NCBI GenBank assembly: GCA_050301935.1
Contig: JBNLAC010000002.1
Span: forward strand, 1,919 to 65,918
Direction of reading: 5' to 3'
From: Methylophilaceae bacterium
GTDB lineage: Bacteria > Pseudomonadota > Gammaproteobacteria > Burkholderiales > Methylophilaceae
DNA length: 64,000 nucleotides
Shown here one piece after another: positions 1 to 11,286 of this stretch; within the stretch, counting starts at the first letter, position 1; each line of letters begins with the position of its first letter. The notes under the pieces are model-generated. The model ran no database searches and was not told where the DNA came from. It saw only the letters and a program-made list of their open reading frames with translations. Position numbers and translations under genes: made by a program.

Positions 1-104
1 GCTTAGAAAAAGAGGAAGTTCAACTTTTGAGGGGCATCCTAACGCTGACGGAAAAGCCAAAAAAACACAGTAAATATTAGTGTAACCAAGGTTTTAAAAC
101 TGCT

Positions 105-3100
105 TTACTGCGCTGTTGTTTCAACCGTCGTCGTAGATGAAGACCTAACATCTATAGTCAAAGTTGTAATCACGGTTTTATCTTCTGCCTTAACCTCCAC
201 GACATCAGCCAGAGTAAGCCTCTCTTGACTCACACCATTACTTATAAGCGCTGTTTTGATTGCTTCGCCTCTTGCCTGTGCAAGTGTGATTAGATCAGAT
301 TTGCTCACCTCAATACTCTCAATGAGTTTAGCTTGCGCTTTTTCGTAGTGACCCTCTTCAGGCTCCTCAAACTTAGAAGCCAGACGTTTAAACAAACCCT
401 TATTGGTTAAATCGTTATATAAGGCATCAACTGCATCCTTAACATCCTCATTTGTTAAATCAATGGGACCAGGCTTTTGTCCATCTTCCAGTTCTACGCC
501 CATTTCTTCCATCACCTGACTACGATAACGCTCCATTTTTATCGCTTCGGTATCCGCTATAAGACTATAAGCTGGCACAATGCCTAACGCTAGTCCCTGC
601 CTTTTTGCGAGTGCTAGGCTAACATTCTTTAGCTTTTCCAACTCTGGTGGTGCAACTTCACTAACCCCAGCTTCAAAATGGATGCCGTCAAAGTCTTCAC
701 CATCACCACCAAATAACTTTCCTAACACGCGGAATGGCGCTGTCACAATTTTTGTTATCACGTTTCTAAATGCTTTCCATGCAATACTGGCAAAGCTGAA
801 TTCTGGATTATCAAGACTACCTTTAATCGGTAGGTCTAAATCAATCACACCATTACTATCTTCTAATATGGCGATGGCTAAATCTAACGGCAGATCCGCA
901 GCATCATCACTTTCAACCTTTTCACCAAGTTTAATTTTATTAATCACAAATTTATTCTCAGCAACCAGCTGTTGCTGCTTGATTTTGTAATGTAGATCAA
1001 CTGAAAGTCGCCCTGAATCAATATATCTGCCTGCAAACTTGCCAGAATACGGAGTCAGTTTACTCATATCTAAATTAGCAAAAGCTAGCTTGATATCCGT
1101 AAACTCTGTCGCGCTTAGTGGTTGTAATGAACCACTGATTTTGGCACTGCCATAGGCATCAACCTTGCCTGCCATTTCCACTTGCGCAACCTTATCTGAC
1201 TTAGTTGATAAGCTATTAACCACACCATTCAAGGAATGTATATTAGTACCAAATTGTGGCTTCAGAGATAAATCGGCAAACTCCAATTTTGCATCGTTGA
1301 TACTAACTACATCTATATCGACAGGGAAAGTATCTGTTGTAGCATTTTGATTAGCTGAGCGACTCTTACGGCTTACCACAGTTGCTTGCTCTGCTTCAGG
1401 TCGCTTAGCGTTAATCAGAGAGTCCTGAATAAAAGGTTGCGACTCATTTGTCTTGATTGCCGTCTCGGAATCATTCACTACTTCAGTTTTCTGCGTACTT
1501 TGATTGCTATCTGCTGTATTTCGCAGGATACGGTTTAGGTTGGTTGTTTTATCTTGATAGATAATAAATTTAGCAGCAGGCTGTTCAATTTTTAAATTCC
1601 CCATATGCAACTTATTAGGTGACAAAGACAACTTAAGATTCTCACTCCCTAATCGCTTCCAACTGAGGAATGGTTTATCATCAGCTTCTTCAACTACTGC
1701 AAGATTTTGCACACCAAATTTACCATTAAAACCAAGTTTTAATGCTTGCTCTTGATTAAGCTTCACTTTACCTGAAACATCTGCATTGCCAGTATTAAGT
1801 CGTAACAATGCAAACTGGTTTACATAAGGCGCAAATGGTTTTAGGGAAAGTTTCGATAAATTGACGTCCAAGTCTGCTTTAAGCGGGGATGGCCATAAAT
1901 CGCCATTAGCGCTGAACCGCCCACCTTGGGTAACGCCAAATGCTACTTTAACGGGTAGTGCTTTTGTTTTATCAGATGTGACATTATTAAACTCAATGCT
2001 TGCATCTTGGATATCTAGCTTGACTGGACTTGGCGCACTATTATCCTGAATATGCACATTGGTATCATTAAGTCCAATTTTAGCTACATTAAATGACCAT
2101 GCTTTACGTTCATTAGTTTCTAGTTGGTCAACAACGACTTTTTCTTGTGTTAAGTCATCTGCTTGATCAGTATTCATTTTTTCAATCTGCGCATTATTAA
2201 CTTCTGATGGAAGTTCTACTTCATTCGAGTTGAATAATTCCAACCAATTCAAGCTATTATCGGCATTCTTGATCACAGAAGTCTTAAGTCCAGATAATAA
2301 TATCGAACCAACATCAATGGTTTTATCTGCCAATCTAATTTGGCCATCGGACACTGTTATTTTCTCTAATGTAGCAATCGGCTCAATATCGCTTTGCTTT
2401 ATCTCAGTCTGTTTGGACTGCTCAGACAAATCAACATTAGAAACAAAGGCATCATTTAGCGTGATGAGGTTATCTGCTAAATTCAGATTGATTGCATTAA
2501 TCTTCGAGCTTGGTATTGCCAAGCTTATTTGCCTGCCCTGCTGCAGGGCTAACTCAGTCAACTGAACACTTAAGTCATTCAGTATTAGCTGTGGTTCATC
2601 AGCTTGCATGCTGAAATCCAGTGAAGGAAGCTTAGCGCTAGACTCTTTCAACGCCAGACGTGAATCATTTGTCTGGCTGAGGTTAAAATCTAGCAATTTA
2701 AAATCCAAGTCTTCCAGATGTAACTCAGGTTGCTTATCTTGAACAAAGTTTAAGCTCGGTATAATCAAACCTGCGTGCGTTAGACTTAATGCCCCTCCAT
2801 CGACCATTTCGCCTGTCAGCTCTGTAACACTAACTGTCATATTCTTGAGTGCTACCGTGGGTACGGTATTCGGCATAGAAAAATCATAGCTAAAGCTTGT
2901 ATGTAGCTCACCATCGCTAAATGCTACTGGCAGCGCCAAACCTTTTACTAGCTGTAGTGCCTCATTCATTTTTATACCTTCTAATGAAACAACCCCAGAG
3001 GAAGCAACTGGATTAACACCCATATCACCTTTCCATTTTAATAGGCCACCTTCCTCTGAAAAAGCTGCTGAGATTAAATATTCGCCTCGATCTCTGGGAA

Positions 3101-3683
3101 CTGTTGAAAAACCTTTTAACTGAAAGTTAAGCGGCTCCAACGTCATTTCTATAGGCGTTTCTCTGTTGGCATCCAGATAGTGCACATTCCCTTGACTCAC
3201 GACAATGTGTTGTATGATGACACTCGGAATCGTATCGCTTGGAGGTGATTTTGGGCCTTCATTTATTTTTTCCAGCAAAGCATCCCAATTCAGCTTACCT
3301 CCCTGCGCTACAGCTAAGTTAATATGTGGCTCGGCAATACCAATTTGCTTGAACTTCCATGCTAGGTCAAACATACCGCTCAGTTCAAAATCCACAACAA
3401 GCTTTTTAAAGCCCGCCAAGCTCTCGCCGCTTCTATTCGATAGCGCTAAATCATGAACAGTCGCTTTTAACCGAAAAGGATCGAATTCAACACGTTTAAC
3501 TGTAGCTATGCTATCTAACGATTCATCTGCGATGCGTGGTATTAGCTTCCTGGCTAATGGATCAACAACAAAATAGCTAATCAACAAATAAAAAACGACA
3601 AGGCCGGCAAAGAGTTTTGCAAAAAATTTCCAAGTAAATTTTTTCCTGAATCGTTTTAACCAATTGTTGAATGTATTTGCCAT
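105..3683 (-). CDS. large membrane-anchored DUF748 / AsmA-like family protein
   Basis: Uninterrupted 1192-aa ORF. It has a basic N-terminus and one TM helix (FAKLFAGLVVFYLLISYFVV), followed by a long beta-rich region. The N-terminal region resembles DUF748-type proteins from memory. No catalytic motif seen. Confidence 0.6.
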   Translation of the reverse strand: MANTFNNWLKRFRKKFTWKFFAKLFAGLVVFYLLISYFVVDPLARKLIPRIADESLDSIATVKRVEFDPFRLKATVHDLALSNRSGESLAGFKKLVVDFELSGMFDLAWKFKQIGIAEPHINLAVAQGGKLNWDALLEKINEGPKSPPSDTIPSVIIQHIVVSQGNVHYLDANRETPIEMTLEPLNFQLKGFSTVPRDRGEYLISAAFSEEGGLLKWKGDMGVNPVASSGVVSLEGIKMNEALQLVKGLALPVAFSDGELHTSFSYDFSMPNTVPTVALKNMTVSVTELTGEMVDGGALSLTHAGLIIPSLNFVQDKQPELHLEDLDFKLLDFNLSQTNDSRLALKESSAKLPSLDFSMQADEPQLILNDLSVQLTELALQQGRQISLAIPSSKINAINLNLADNLITLNDAFVSNVDLSEQSKQTEIKQSDIEPIATLEKITVSDGQIRLADKTIDVGSILLSGLKTSVIKNADNSLNWLELFNSNEVELPSEVNNAQIEKMNTDQADDLTQEKVVVDQLETNERKAWSFNVAKIGLNDTNVHIQDNSAPSPVKLDIQDASIEFNNVTSDKTKALPVKVAFGVTQGGRFSANGDLWPSPLKADLDVNLSKLSLKPFAPYVNQFALLRLNTGNADVSGKVKLNQEQALKLGFNGKFGVQNLAVVEEADDKPFLSWKRLGSENLKLSLSPNKLHMGNLKIEQPAAKFIIYQDKTTNLNRILRNTADSNQSTQKTEVVNDSETAIKTNESQPFIQDSLINAKRPEAEQATVVSRKSRSANQNATTDTFPVDIDVVSINDAKLEFADLSLKPQFGTNIHSLNGVVNSLSTKSDKVAQVEMAGKVDAYGSAKISGSLQPLSATEFTDIKLAFANLDMSKLTPYSGKFAGRYIDSGRLSVDLHYKIKQQQLVAENKFVINKIKLGEKVESDDAADLPLDLAIAILEDSNGVIDLDLPIKGSLDNPEFSFASIAWKAFRNVITKIVTAPFRVLGKLFGGDGEDFDGIHFEAGVSEVAPPELEKLKNVSLALAKRQGLALGIVPAYSLIADTEAIKMERYRSQVMEEMGVELEDGQKPGPIDLTNEDVKDAVDALYNDLTNKGLFKRLASKFEEPEEGHYEKAQAKLIESIEVSKSDLITLAQARGEAIKTALISNGVSQERLTLADVVEVKAEDKTVITTLTIDVRSSSTTTVETTAQ

Positions 3684-3865
3684 ATACTCAAATAATACCT
3701 ATTGCATCAACACATGCAAATATTTGTTTTGTTGTTGTATGTTTTTATGGTGCTAAAAGAGCCACTAACCTTGTTACAATTCATTACAAATTAAATCCTA
3801 CCATTTTAGTCAACAATTAACTTTTATGGCATAATTCTGTTTTTGATTCAGACTGAATTTTGAAT

Positions 3866-4600
3866 ATGTTCGATCATTTAAAACAAGATATCGCTGTAGT
3901 ATTTGACCGCGATCCAGCGGCAAGAACACATTTTGAGGTATTGACAACCTACCCTGGGTTACATGCCATCATGCTGCACCGTTTTAGCCACTGGCTATGG
4001 CGCATTAAGTTATATTGGCTTGGGCGATTATTTTCACATATCGGACGCTTTCTGACAGGCATCGAAATTCATCCTGGCGCAACGATAGGTCACCGTGTTT
4101 TCATTGACCACGGAATGGGCATTGTCATTGGCGAAACTGCTGTAATTGGTGATGACTGCACTCTGTATCATGGTGTGACATTAGGTGGTACATCTTGGAA
4201 TAAAGGCAAACGACACCCGACACTCGAAAGTGGAGTCGTGATTGGTGCTGGAGCAAAAGTATTAGGCCCTATAACGATTGGTAAAAATGCAAAAATTGGC
4301 TCAAACGCTGTCGTAGTGAAAGATGTGCCAGAAAACGCCACGGCGGTCGGTATCCCGGCAAGAATATTAGAAGAAGAAAAAGCCAAAAAAGCAGCAGAGC
4401 AAGCAAAATTCAGCGCTTATGCTGTAAGTGATGATGAAAAAGATCCAATCAACAAGGCTTTACAACCACTCATTACAGAAATAGAAAACTTAAAACAAGA
4501 GATTGCTAACCTGACAGACGTCAAGTCCGAAACCAAAGTTGCTAAGGCATTCTCAGTCAATAAAACCAAACGCAAGCCACGTAAAATTGCTTCTGATTAA
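3866..4600 (+). CDS. cysE: serine O-acetyltransferase (short form) with K/E-rich C-terminal tail
   Basis: Has DRDPAAR...YPG and left-handed beta-helix hexapeptide repeats ([24 protein letters not shown]...GAKVLG...IGSNAVV). The ORF track starts at TTG 3860; ATG 3866 is preferred. Confidence 0.9.
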   Translation: MFDHLKQDIAVVFDRDPAARTHFEVLTTYPGLHAIMLHRFSHWLWRIKLYWLGRLFSHIGRFLTGIEIHPGATIGHRVFIDHGMGIVIGETAVIGDDCTLYHGVTLGGTSWNKGKRHPTLESGVVIGAGAKVLGPITIGKNAKIGSNAVVVKDVPENATAVGIPARILEEEKAKKAAEQAKFSAYAVSDDEKDPINKALQPLITEIENLKQEIANLTDVKSETKVAKAFSVNKTKRKPRKIASD

Positions 4601-4620
4601 CGATTGAACTTAACCGCATA

Positions 4621-4653
4621 ATAATTGACTAAAATAGTAGGTTATTATAGAAT
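4621..4653 (+). promoter_or_regulatory. IscR type-1 operator overlapping a sigma70-like isc promoter
   Basis: ATAATTGACTAAAATAGTAGGTTAT (4621-4645) matches 22/25 positions of the type-1 IscR consensus ATASYYGACTRWWWYAGTCRRSTAT. TTGACT (4625-4630) and TAGAAT (4648-4653) are spaced 17 nt apart, about 45 nt upstream of the iscR ATG. Confidence 0.6.
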
Positions 4654-4696
4654 ACAAGCGTAATATAACTGTTAATCGAATAAAGTTGATAAAACC

Positions 4697-5194
4697 ATGA
4701 GACTGACCACAAAAGGAAGATTTGCTGTGACTGCGATGCTAGACCTCGCCCTGAACGAGGTTGATGCTGATGGCAGTTTTAAACCAGTGACCCTGGCTGG
4801 CATTAGTGAACGTCAAGATATATCGCTCTCTTATTTGGAGCAACTATTCAGCCGTTTACGCCGTCAAGGTTTAGTTAACAGTGTTAGAGGACCCGGCGGT
4901 GGCTACAATTTGGCCAAAAGCAAATCTGAAATTTCAGTGTCAGCTATAATTGCTGCGGTGGATGAAAATATTGACGCAACGCAATGTGGCGGCAAAGAAG
5001 ACTGCCATGGTGCAGACGGTCGTTGCATGACGCACGAATTGTGGGCAACATTAAACACAAAAATTCTTGAGTTTTTATCTGACGTTAGTCTGGCAGATAT
5101 GGTCAAATCACAACAAGACAAAGGCAGCGGCAAAGTGGTTTTTGCAAAAACAAAATCATTCGACGCTAACAGAGAGGCTGTTGTTAATGGCTAG
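4697..5194 (+). CDS. iscR: Fe-S cluster assembly transcriptional regulator IscR (Rrf2 family)
   Basis: N-terminal [19 protein letters not shown] winged-helix signature and a Cys cluster (C..C....C) for the [2Fe-2S] ligand set. It heads the isc operon. Confidence 0.93.
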   Translation: MRLTTKGRFAVTAMLDLALNEVDADGSFKPVTLAGISERQDISLSYLEQLFSRLRRQGLVNSVRGPGGGYNLAKSKSEISVSAIIAAVDENIDATQCGGKEDCHGADGRCMTHELWATLNTKILEFLSDVSLADMVKSQQDKGSGKVVFAKTKSFDANREAVVNG

Positions 5195-6332
5195 TACCTA
5201 CTTTGACCATAACAGTACGACAGCGCTTAAGCCAGCAGTGCTTGAGGCAATGCTACCGTATATGGCAAACCAGCACGGCAACCCAACTAGCCAGCACAGT
5301 TTTGGTAGAAATGCGCGAGAAGCGATTGAACAAGCAAGACGACAGGTTGCGCAAGCAGTGGGTGCGCAAGCCAATCAGATTGTGTTTACTGCTAGTGGCA
5401 CAGAAGCCAATAATTTTGCTATTACTGGTATCGCAAGCAATTTAGAGCAAGCACAATTACTGACCAGTAGCATTGAGCATCCGTGTGTTTCTCGCCCAGC
5501 ATTAGCGATGCAGAACCATGGCTGGAAAGCCAACAGCATTAAAGTAGACAGCGACTGTCAGATTGATCTTGAAGACTTGAAAACGAAGCTTGAAATACCA
5601 ACGGGGCTTATTTCGGTCATGTTGGCGAATAATGAAACTGGTGCGATTCAAGATATTAAAAAAGTAGTTGCCTTAGCTGCACAGCACAAAGCATTGGTTC
5701 ATACCGATGCAGTACAGGCATTAGGTAAAATGCATGTCGATTTCACCGAATTAGGTGTCCATGCAATGACAATATCTAGTCATAAGATCGGCGGACCACT
5801 TGGCGCTGGTGCATTGGTTCTTAACAAACGTGTTGATATCCAGCCACTATTGTATGGTGGTGGGCAAGAAAAAGGTTTGCGAAGTGGTACAGAAAATATT
5901 GCGGCTATCGTTGGGTTCGGCGCCGCCTGTGAATTAGCTACCGCATCTGTTGATGATTTTATGACGCACAGTAGTGCTTTGCGTCAAAAACTGGAAGCTG
6001 GCCTGCAACAGATGCATGCAACTATTTTTGGCCAGCACGCACCGCGCTTACCTAATACAAGTTTTTTTGCTTTTGAGAATATCGAGGGCGAGACCTTGGT
6101 GACAGCACTAGACAAACTAGGCTTTGCCGTGGCTAGTGGTTCTGCTTGCTCAAGTGCAAGTACAGAGCCCAGTCATGTTTTGCTTGCTATGGGGATCGAC
6201 CCTGATTTAGCGAGAGGTGCAATCAGAGTTAGCCTTGCAGCAAGTAACACAGAAGCACAAATTGATGAATTTTTAATTGCATTAAAGCAAGCATTGCAGG
6301 ACTTAAAACAAATGACTGCTGTGGCTGCTTAA
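5187..6332 (+). CDS. NifS-like class V aminotransferase / cysteine desulfurase paralog
   Basis: Has the PLP-lysine motif SSHKIGGP and the catalytic-Cys loop [16 protein letters not shown]. The ATG at 5187 overlaps the iscR stop (ATGGCTAG). The 5067 start in the ORF track would overlap iscR by 128 nt and is rejected. Confidence 0.85.
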   Translation: MASTYFDHNSTTALKPAVLEAMLPYMANQHGNPTSQHSFGRNAREAIEQARRQVAQAVGAQANQIVFTASGTEANNFAITGIASNLEQAQLLTSSIEHPCVSRPALAMQNHGWKANSIKVDSDCQIDLEDLKTKLEIPTGLISVMLANNETGAIQDIKKVVALAAQHKALVHTDAVQALGKMHVDFTELGVHAMTISSHKIGGPLGAGALVLNKRVDIQPLLYGGGQEKGLRSGTENIAAIVGFGAACELATASVDDFMTHSSALRQKLEAGLQQMHATIFGQHAPRLPNTSFFAFENIEGETLVTALDKLGFAVASGSACSSASTEPSHVLLAMGIDPDLARGAIRVSLAASNTEAQIDEFLIALKQALQDLKQMTAVAA

Positions 6333-6353
6333 ACAAAGGAAGTAAAGCAAATT

Positions 6354-7565
6354 ATGGAAAGAATGCCAATATATTTAGACTACTCTGCGACAACACCAGT
6401 AGATCCGCGTGTTGCTGAAAAGATGATTCCATACTTAACAGAACAGTATGGTAACCCAGCTTCGCGTAGTCACCCTTATGGTTGGACAGCAGAAAAAGCC
6501 GTGGAAAACGCGCGTGAAGAAGTTGCAAAATTAGTGAACGCTGATCCACGAGAAATCGTATGGACATCTGGCGCAACTGAATCTGATAACCTTGCATTAA
6601 AAGGCGCTGCGCATTTTTATAAAGGAAAAGGTAAGCATATCATCACTGTTGCTACTGAGCATAAAGCAGTGATTGACCCAGTGCGCGAGCTTGAGCGGCA
6701 AGGTTTTACAGCTACCTTCCTTGAGCCAGAAGACAATGGCTTAGTTGATATAGAAAAATTTAAAGCAGCTATCCGACCTGATACGATTCTAGCCTCTGTA
6801 ATGCTAGTGAACAATGAAATTGGTGTTATTCAGGACATTGAAGCGATAGGCAATGTATGCCGTGAGCATGGTGTAATTTTTCATGTGGATGCAGCTCAAG
6901 CAACAGGTAAGGTCGATATTGATTTGGCAAAATTACCCGTCGACCTAATGAGTTTTTCAGCGCACAAAACTTATGGTCCCAAAGGGATTGGTGCATTGTA
7001 TGTCCGCCGTAAACCACGTGTTCGGATTGAAGCACAAATGCATGGTGGTGGACATGAGCGAGGCATGCGCTCTGGCACGTTGGCAACGCATCAAATTGTT
7101 GGCATGGGCGAAGCATTTAGAATTGCCCGAGAGGAAATGCATGCAGAAAATGAACGTATACGCATGCTACACAACAGATTAGTTGCTGGCTTGCAAGAGA
7201 TTGAAGAAACCTATGTTAACGGTGACCTCAGTCACCGCGTGCCACACAATCTTAATGTTAGCTTTAACTACGTTGAAGGTGAATCGCTAATTATGGCTAT
7301 AAAAGGCATCGCTGTTTCAAGTGGCTCAGCCTGTACGTCTGCTAGTTTAGAACCAAGCTACGTGTTACGCGCACTAGGCCGATCTGATGAACTTGCCCAT
7401 AGCTCAATCCGCTTTTCGATTGGACGTTTCACCACGGAAGCAGATGTAGATTACACCATCAAACTATTAAAAGAAAAGATTGGCAAGCTGCGTGATATGT
7501 CACCCCTATGGGAAATGTATCAAGACGGTGTTGATCTCTCAAAAGTAGAATGGGCAGAACACTAA
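6354..7565 (+). CDS. iscS: cysteine desulfurase IscS
   Basis: [20 protein letters not shown]...GNPASRSH is nearly identical in pattern to E. coli IscS. Also has [10 protein letters not shown] (PLP Lys), [17 protein letters not shown] and an IscS-type C-terminal tail. An alternative ATG lies at 6363. Confidence 0.96.
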   Translation: MERMPIYLDYSATTPVDPRVAEKMIPYLTEQYGNPASRSHPYGWTAEKAVENAREEVAKLVNADPREIVWTSGATESDNLALKGAAHFYKGKGKHIITVATEHKAVIDPVRELERQGFTATFLEPEDNGLVDIEKFKAAIRPDTILASVMLVNNEIGVIQDIEAIGNVCREHGVIFHVDAAQATGKVDIDLAKLPVDLMSFSAHKTYGPKGIGALYVRRKPRVRIEAQMHGGGHERGMRSGTLATHQIVGMGEAFRIAREEMHAENERIRMLHNRLVAGLQEIEETYVNGDLSHRVPHNLNVSFNYVEGESLIMAIKGIAVSSGSACTSASLEPSYVLRALGRSDELAHSSIRFSIGRFTTEADVDYTIKLLKEKIGKLRDMSPLWEMYQDGVDLSKVEWAEH

Positions 7566-7727
7566 ATTAGGTAGAAATAGATTTTATTAATAGGTAAGCA
7601 GTTATTTAATGAAAAATTAAAAGGCAAAACAAATTCAAGACGGCGAGGTGCACAGACTGCACGACGAGTACGGCAAGCCTAGCCAACGCGAAAGTTGTGA
7701 CGCAATTTAATTTTAAGGAGATGTATT

Positions 7728-8123
7728 ATGGCATATTCAGACAAAGTATTAGACCACTACGAAAACCCGCGTAACGTTGGTTCTTTAGATAAAAATGATC
7801 CTAACGTCGGTACAGGTATGGTCGGCGCACCAGCTTGTGGTGATGTAATGAAACTAATGATTAAAGTGAATGATGCAGGCTTAATCGAGGATGCAAAATT
7901 TAAAACTTATGGCTGTGGTTCAGCGATTGCTTCTAGCTCACTCGTAACTGAGTGGCTAAAAGGTAAAACGATTGATGAAGCTTATGAGATCAAGAATTCT
8001 GCCATTGCTGAAGAGCTTGCTCTACCACCGGTTAAGATTCACTGTTCAGTGCTAGCAGAAGACGCTATTAAAGCTGCTGTTGCAGATATTAAAGCAAAAA
8101 AAGCTGGTAAAGAGGCTGCATAA
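7728..8123 (+). CDS. iscU: Fe-S cluster scaffold IscU
   Basis: Has [22 protein letters not shown] and HCS motifs. An AAGGAG Shine-Dalgarno lies upstream. Confidence 0.97.
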   Translation: MAYSDKVLDHYENPRNVGSLDKNDPNVGTGMVGAPACGDVMKLMIKVNDAGLIEDAKFKTYGCGSAIASSSLVTEWLKGKTIDEAYEIKNSAIAEELALPPVKIHCSVLAEDAIKAAVADIKAKKAGKEAA

Positions 8124-8446
8124 TGGCGATTAGTTTAACCGCTGCTGCTGCTGATCGTGTAGAAAAATTCTTAGCCAACCGAGGCAAAGGTATAGGCCTG
8201 CGCTTAGGCGTCAAAACAACTGGTTGTTCTGGCATGGCATACACATTAGAGTTTGTCGATGAGACACAAGCTGAAGATCTGACTTTTGAAAGCCACGGCG
8301 TGAAAATCGTTGTAGATCCGAAAAGCTTGGTTTACATTGATGGTACAGAGTTGGACTTTACAAAAGAAGGCTTAAACGAAGGCTTTAAATTTAACAACCC
8401 GAATGTAAAAGACGAGTGCGGTTGTGGAGAAAGCTTTACGGTGTGA
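8123..8446 (+). CDS. iscA: Fe-S cluster insertion protein IscA
   Basis: A-type carrier pattern, GCSG...CGCGESF at the C-terminus. The start overlaps the iscU stop. Confidence 0.95.
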   Translation: MAISLTAAAADRVEKFLANRGKGIGLRLGVKTTGCSGMAYTLEFVDETQAEDLTFESHGVKIVVDPKSLVYIDGTELDFTKEGLNEGFKFNNPNVKDECGCGESFTV

Positions 8447-8964
8447 ATAAAAACTATTTTGAACTGTTTGGACTTAACCAAGCATTTACAATTGATTTAA
8501 CTAAGCTGGAAAATCAGTATCGGAAAATTCAATCGGCATCACACCCAGACCGTTTTGTCACTGCATCCTCAGCAGAGAAATTACAATCTATGCAAACTGC
8601 AACAATTGCTAATGAGGCCTATCAAACATTAAAAAAACCAGCACTACGCGCACAGTATCTGCTCGGACTCAATAATATTGATGCTACACAAGAAACCAAC
8701 ACATCGATGCCAGCAGATTTCTTGATGCAGCAAATGGAGTGGCGGGAAACACTGGAAGATTTAAAAGTAGCAGCAGACATTAATGGCTTAGACAAATTAG
8801 CAAAAGAGATGCGAAAAGAAGCAGAAGTGCTAACTGAAAACCTTGCAATTGAAATAGATAAACAAAAAGACTTAGTTACGGCGACTGAAACCACGCGTAA
8901 ACTCATCTTCATTAACAAAGTGTGTGAGGATATTAATCAAGCAATCACACAAATAGAGGACTAA
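8443..8964 (+). CDS. hscB: Fe-S co-chaperone HscB
   Basis: J-domain with YFELFGL...HPD. The GTG at 8443 overlaps the iscA stop (GTGTGA). The ORF track uses an earlier GTG at 8416. Confidence 0.9.
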   Translation: MNKNYFELFGLNQAFTIDLTKLENQYRKIQSASHPDRFVTASSAEKLQSMQTATIANEAYQTLKKPALRAQYLLGLNNIDATQETNTSMPADFLMQQMEWRETLEDLKVAADINGLDKLAKEMRKEAEVLTENLAIEIDKQKDLVTATETTRKLIFINKVCEDINQAITQIED

Positions 8965-10865
8965 TGGCACTACTACAAATTTCAGAACCTGGTATGAGCG
9001 CTAAACCGCATCAACACAAGTTGGCGGTTGGCATAGACTTAGGCACAACAAACTCTCTGGTCGCAACAGTACGTAGCGGTATGAGTACTGTTCTACAAGA
9101 TGAACACGGTCGTTCATTATTGCCTTCTGTTGTACGCTATGCGCCAGAGGGCGAAGTTATCGTAGGTCACCGTGCACATGCAGAACAAAGTAATGATCCT
9201 GTTAATACCATCGCTTCAGTTAAGCGATTTATGGGGCGTAGCCTAAAAGACATCACTGACAAAGCCCACATTCCATACCATTTTGTGAACAGTGAAAGCG
9301 CAGATAATGCATCGCAAGGTATGTTGCAATTAAAAACACGTACTGGCTTGAAAAGCCCAGTTGAAATATCTGCCGAGATTTTAAAAGCACTGAAAACACG
9401 TGCTGAAAAAGCACTGGGTGGCGAACTAACTGGTGCTGTTATCACAGTACCCGCGTATTTTGATGATGCGCAACGACAGGCAACGAAAGATGCTGCACGC
9501 CTTGCTGGCCTGCACGTATTGCGTTTATTGAACGAGCCAACCGCTGCAGCAGTGGCTTATGGATTAGATAATGCGTCTGAAGGTGTCTATGTGATTTACG
9601 ATTTAGGCGGTGGGACATTTGATGTCAGCATTTTGCGCTTATCAAAAGGCGTATTTGAAGTGTTAGCAACTAATGGTGACTCAGCTTTAGGCGGGGATGA
9701 CTTTGATCATCGAATTTACTGCTGGATACTTGATCAAATCAGAGAAAAAGAACCAAAAATCCACCCACTAAATGAAGAAGATACTCGTTTACTACTGACT
9801 AAAGCGCGCCAAGCCAAGGAATGGTTAACAGATAATGATGAAGCACAAATTATTTGCCGTTTAAGTGATGGTCACGCTATCGATATTACGCTTAAAGTTG
9901 ATGAGTTTATTACGTTTACACAGAACTTAGTTAACAAGACACTAAATCCTATGCGTAAGGCCATGCGCGACGCAAATCTAGAACTTGAGGAAATCAAAGG
10001 TGTAGTGATGGTGGGTGGTGCAACGCGTATGCCCCATGTACGCCACGCAGTGGAAGAGTTTTTTCAGCAAGAGCCACTGACTAATCTTGATCCTGATAAA
10101 GTGGTTGCGCTTGGCGCGGCAATTCAAGCCAATGTGCTTGCCGGTAATCGCAGTGATGATGATTTACTATTGCTTGATGTGACGCCACTCTCTCTAGGCT
10201 TAGAGACCATGGGTGGCCTGGTGGAAAAAATTATTCCACGCAATTCCACATTACCAGTTGCACGTGCACAAGATTTCACCACTTTTAAAGATGGTCAAAC
10301 TGCAATGAGCATTCATGTGCTACAAGGAGAGCGAGATTTAGTGTCTGCATGTCGTTCGTTAGCACGTTTTGAGTTGCGAGGAATACCGCCAATGGCGGCA
10401 GGTGCAGCCCGTATCCGCGTAACCTTCCAAGTTGACGCAGATGGCTTGCTATCAGTAAGTGCGCGAGAAGAAACCAAAGGAATTGAAGCGCACATCACCG
10501 TGAAACCATCTTATGGTTTAAGTGAAGAAGAGATAACCGACATGCTGCAGTCTTCTTTCAGTGCAGCAGAATCGGATAAGCAAGCGCGTGCAGTTGCGGA
10601 AGCAAAAGTGGATGCCATGAGTCTAATCAGTGCAATTAATGTTGCGATTGAACAAGACGGTCAATTACTCAATGATGACGAAAAAAGCCAGATACTATGC
10701 TTAGTTAATGCTTTAGAGAACACATTGAAAACAGATGACAGTCAAGCGATTCATACAGCAACAGAAGCTCTGAATGCTGGTACAGAAGCATTTGCTGCAA
10801 AAAGGATGGATGCTAGTGTCAGCAGGGCATTAGCTGGTAAAAACGTTGATGAAGTTAACTTATAG
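8964..10865 (+). CDS. hscA: Fe-S chaperone HscA (Hsp70 family)
   Basis: Hsp70 signatures [17 protein letters not shown] and VGGATRMP. The start overlaps the hscB stop (TAATG). Confidence 0.96.
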   Translation: MALLQISEPGMSAKPHQHKLAVGIDLGTTNSLVATVRSGMSTVLQDEHGRSLLPSVVRYAPEGEVIVGHRAHAEQSNDPVNTIASVKRFMGRSLKDITDKAHIPYHFVNSESADNASQGMLQLKTRTGLKSPVEISAEILKALKTRAEKALGGELTGAVITVPAYFDDAQRQATKDAARLAGLHVLRLLNEPTAAAVAYGLDNASEGVYVIYDLGGGTFDVSILRLSKGVFEVLATNGDSALGGDDFDHRIYCWILDQIREKEPKIHPLNEEDTRLLLTKARQAKEWLTDNDEAQIICRLSDGHAIDITLKVDEFITFTQNLVNKTLNPMRKAMRDANLELEEIKGVVMVGGATRMPHVRHAVEEFFQQEPLTNLDPDKVVALGAAIQANVLAGNRSDDDLLLLDVTPLSLGLETMGGLVEKIIPRNSTLPVARAQDFTTFKDGQTAMSIHVLQGERDLVSACRSLARFELRGIPPMAAGAARIRVTFQVDADGLLSVSAREETKGIEAHITVKPSYGLSEEEITDMLQSSFSAAESDKQARAVAEAKVDAMSLISAINVAIEQDGQLLNDDEKSQILCLVNALENTLKTDDSQAIHTATEALNAGTEAFAAKRMDASVSRALAGKNVDEVNL

Positions 10866-10879
10866 TTGAAAAGAAAGCA

Positions 10880-11227
10880 ATGACACAAATAATTGTATTA
10901 CCCCATGTAGAGCTATGCCCAGAAGGAGCAGCCTTTGAAGCAAATAAAGGCGAGTCTATCTGCCAAAATCTATTAGATCACGATATTGATATAGAGCATG
11001 CCTGCGATCAAGTATGTGCCTGTACAACATGTCATGTTATTGTGCGCGAAGGTTATGAAACACTCAATGAGGCAAGTGAACAAGAAGATGACTTACTAGA
11101 CAAGGCTTGGGGCTTGGAACCACAATCTCGATTATCCTGCCAAGCTATTGTCGAGGACACAGACCTGGTGATTGAAATTCCTAAATACTCGATCAACATG
11201 GCAAAAGAAGGTCACCGCAAAGACTAA
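10880..11227 (+). CDS. fdx: ISC-type [2Fe-2S] ferredoxin
   Basis: Has C..CACTTCH...C cluster ligands and is the last gene of the isc operon. Confidence 0.93.
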   Translation: MTQIIVLPHVELCPEGAAFEANKGESICQNLLDHDIDIEHACDQVCACTTCHVIVREGYETLNEASEQEDDLLDKAWGLEPQSRLSCQAIVEDTDLVIEIPKYSINMAKEGHRKD

Positions 11228-11244
11228 TAAGGATTCAATAAAAC

Positions 11245-11277
11245 AAAAAGGTGATTAAATATTAATCACCTTTTTTT
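11245..11277. terminator. bidirectional rho-independent terminator between fdx and the carbonic anhydrase gene
   Basis: 9-bp stem GGTGATTAA/TTAATCACC with a 3-nt loop, flanked by an A-run on the left and a T7 run on the right. Confidence 0.75.
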
Positions 11278-11286
11278 ATTGAAGGG

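Noticed and set aside
1-79. Open frame running off the left window edge, ...LEKEEVQLLRGILTLTEKPKKHSKY*, possibly the 3' end of a plus-strand gene
   Set aside because: Only 25 codons are visible and no recognisable motif is present, so it cannot be supported as a feature.
5067-5186. A 40-codon N-terminal extension of the NifS-like desulfurase in the ORF track
   Set aside because: It would overlap iscR by 128 nt, and the extension has no desulfurase homology. The ATG at 5187 gives the canonical N-terminus (YFDHNSTT).
7648-7710. 20-codon GTG ORF inside the iscS-iscU GC-rich island
   Set aside because: It has no Shine-Dalgarno and no ATG and is very short. The island is better treated as a possible RNA or DNA element (see findings).
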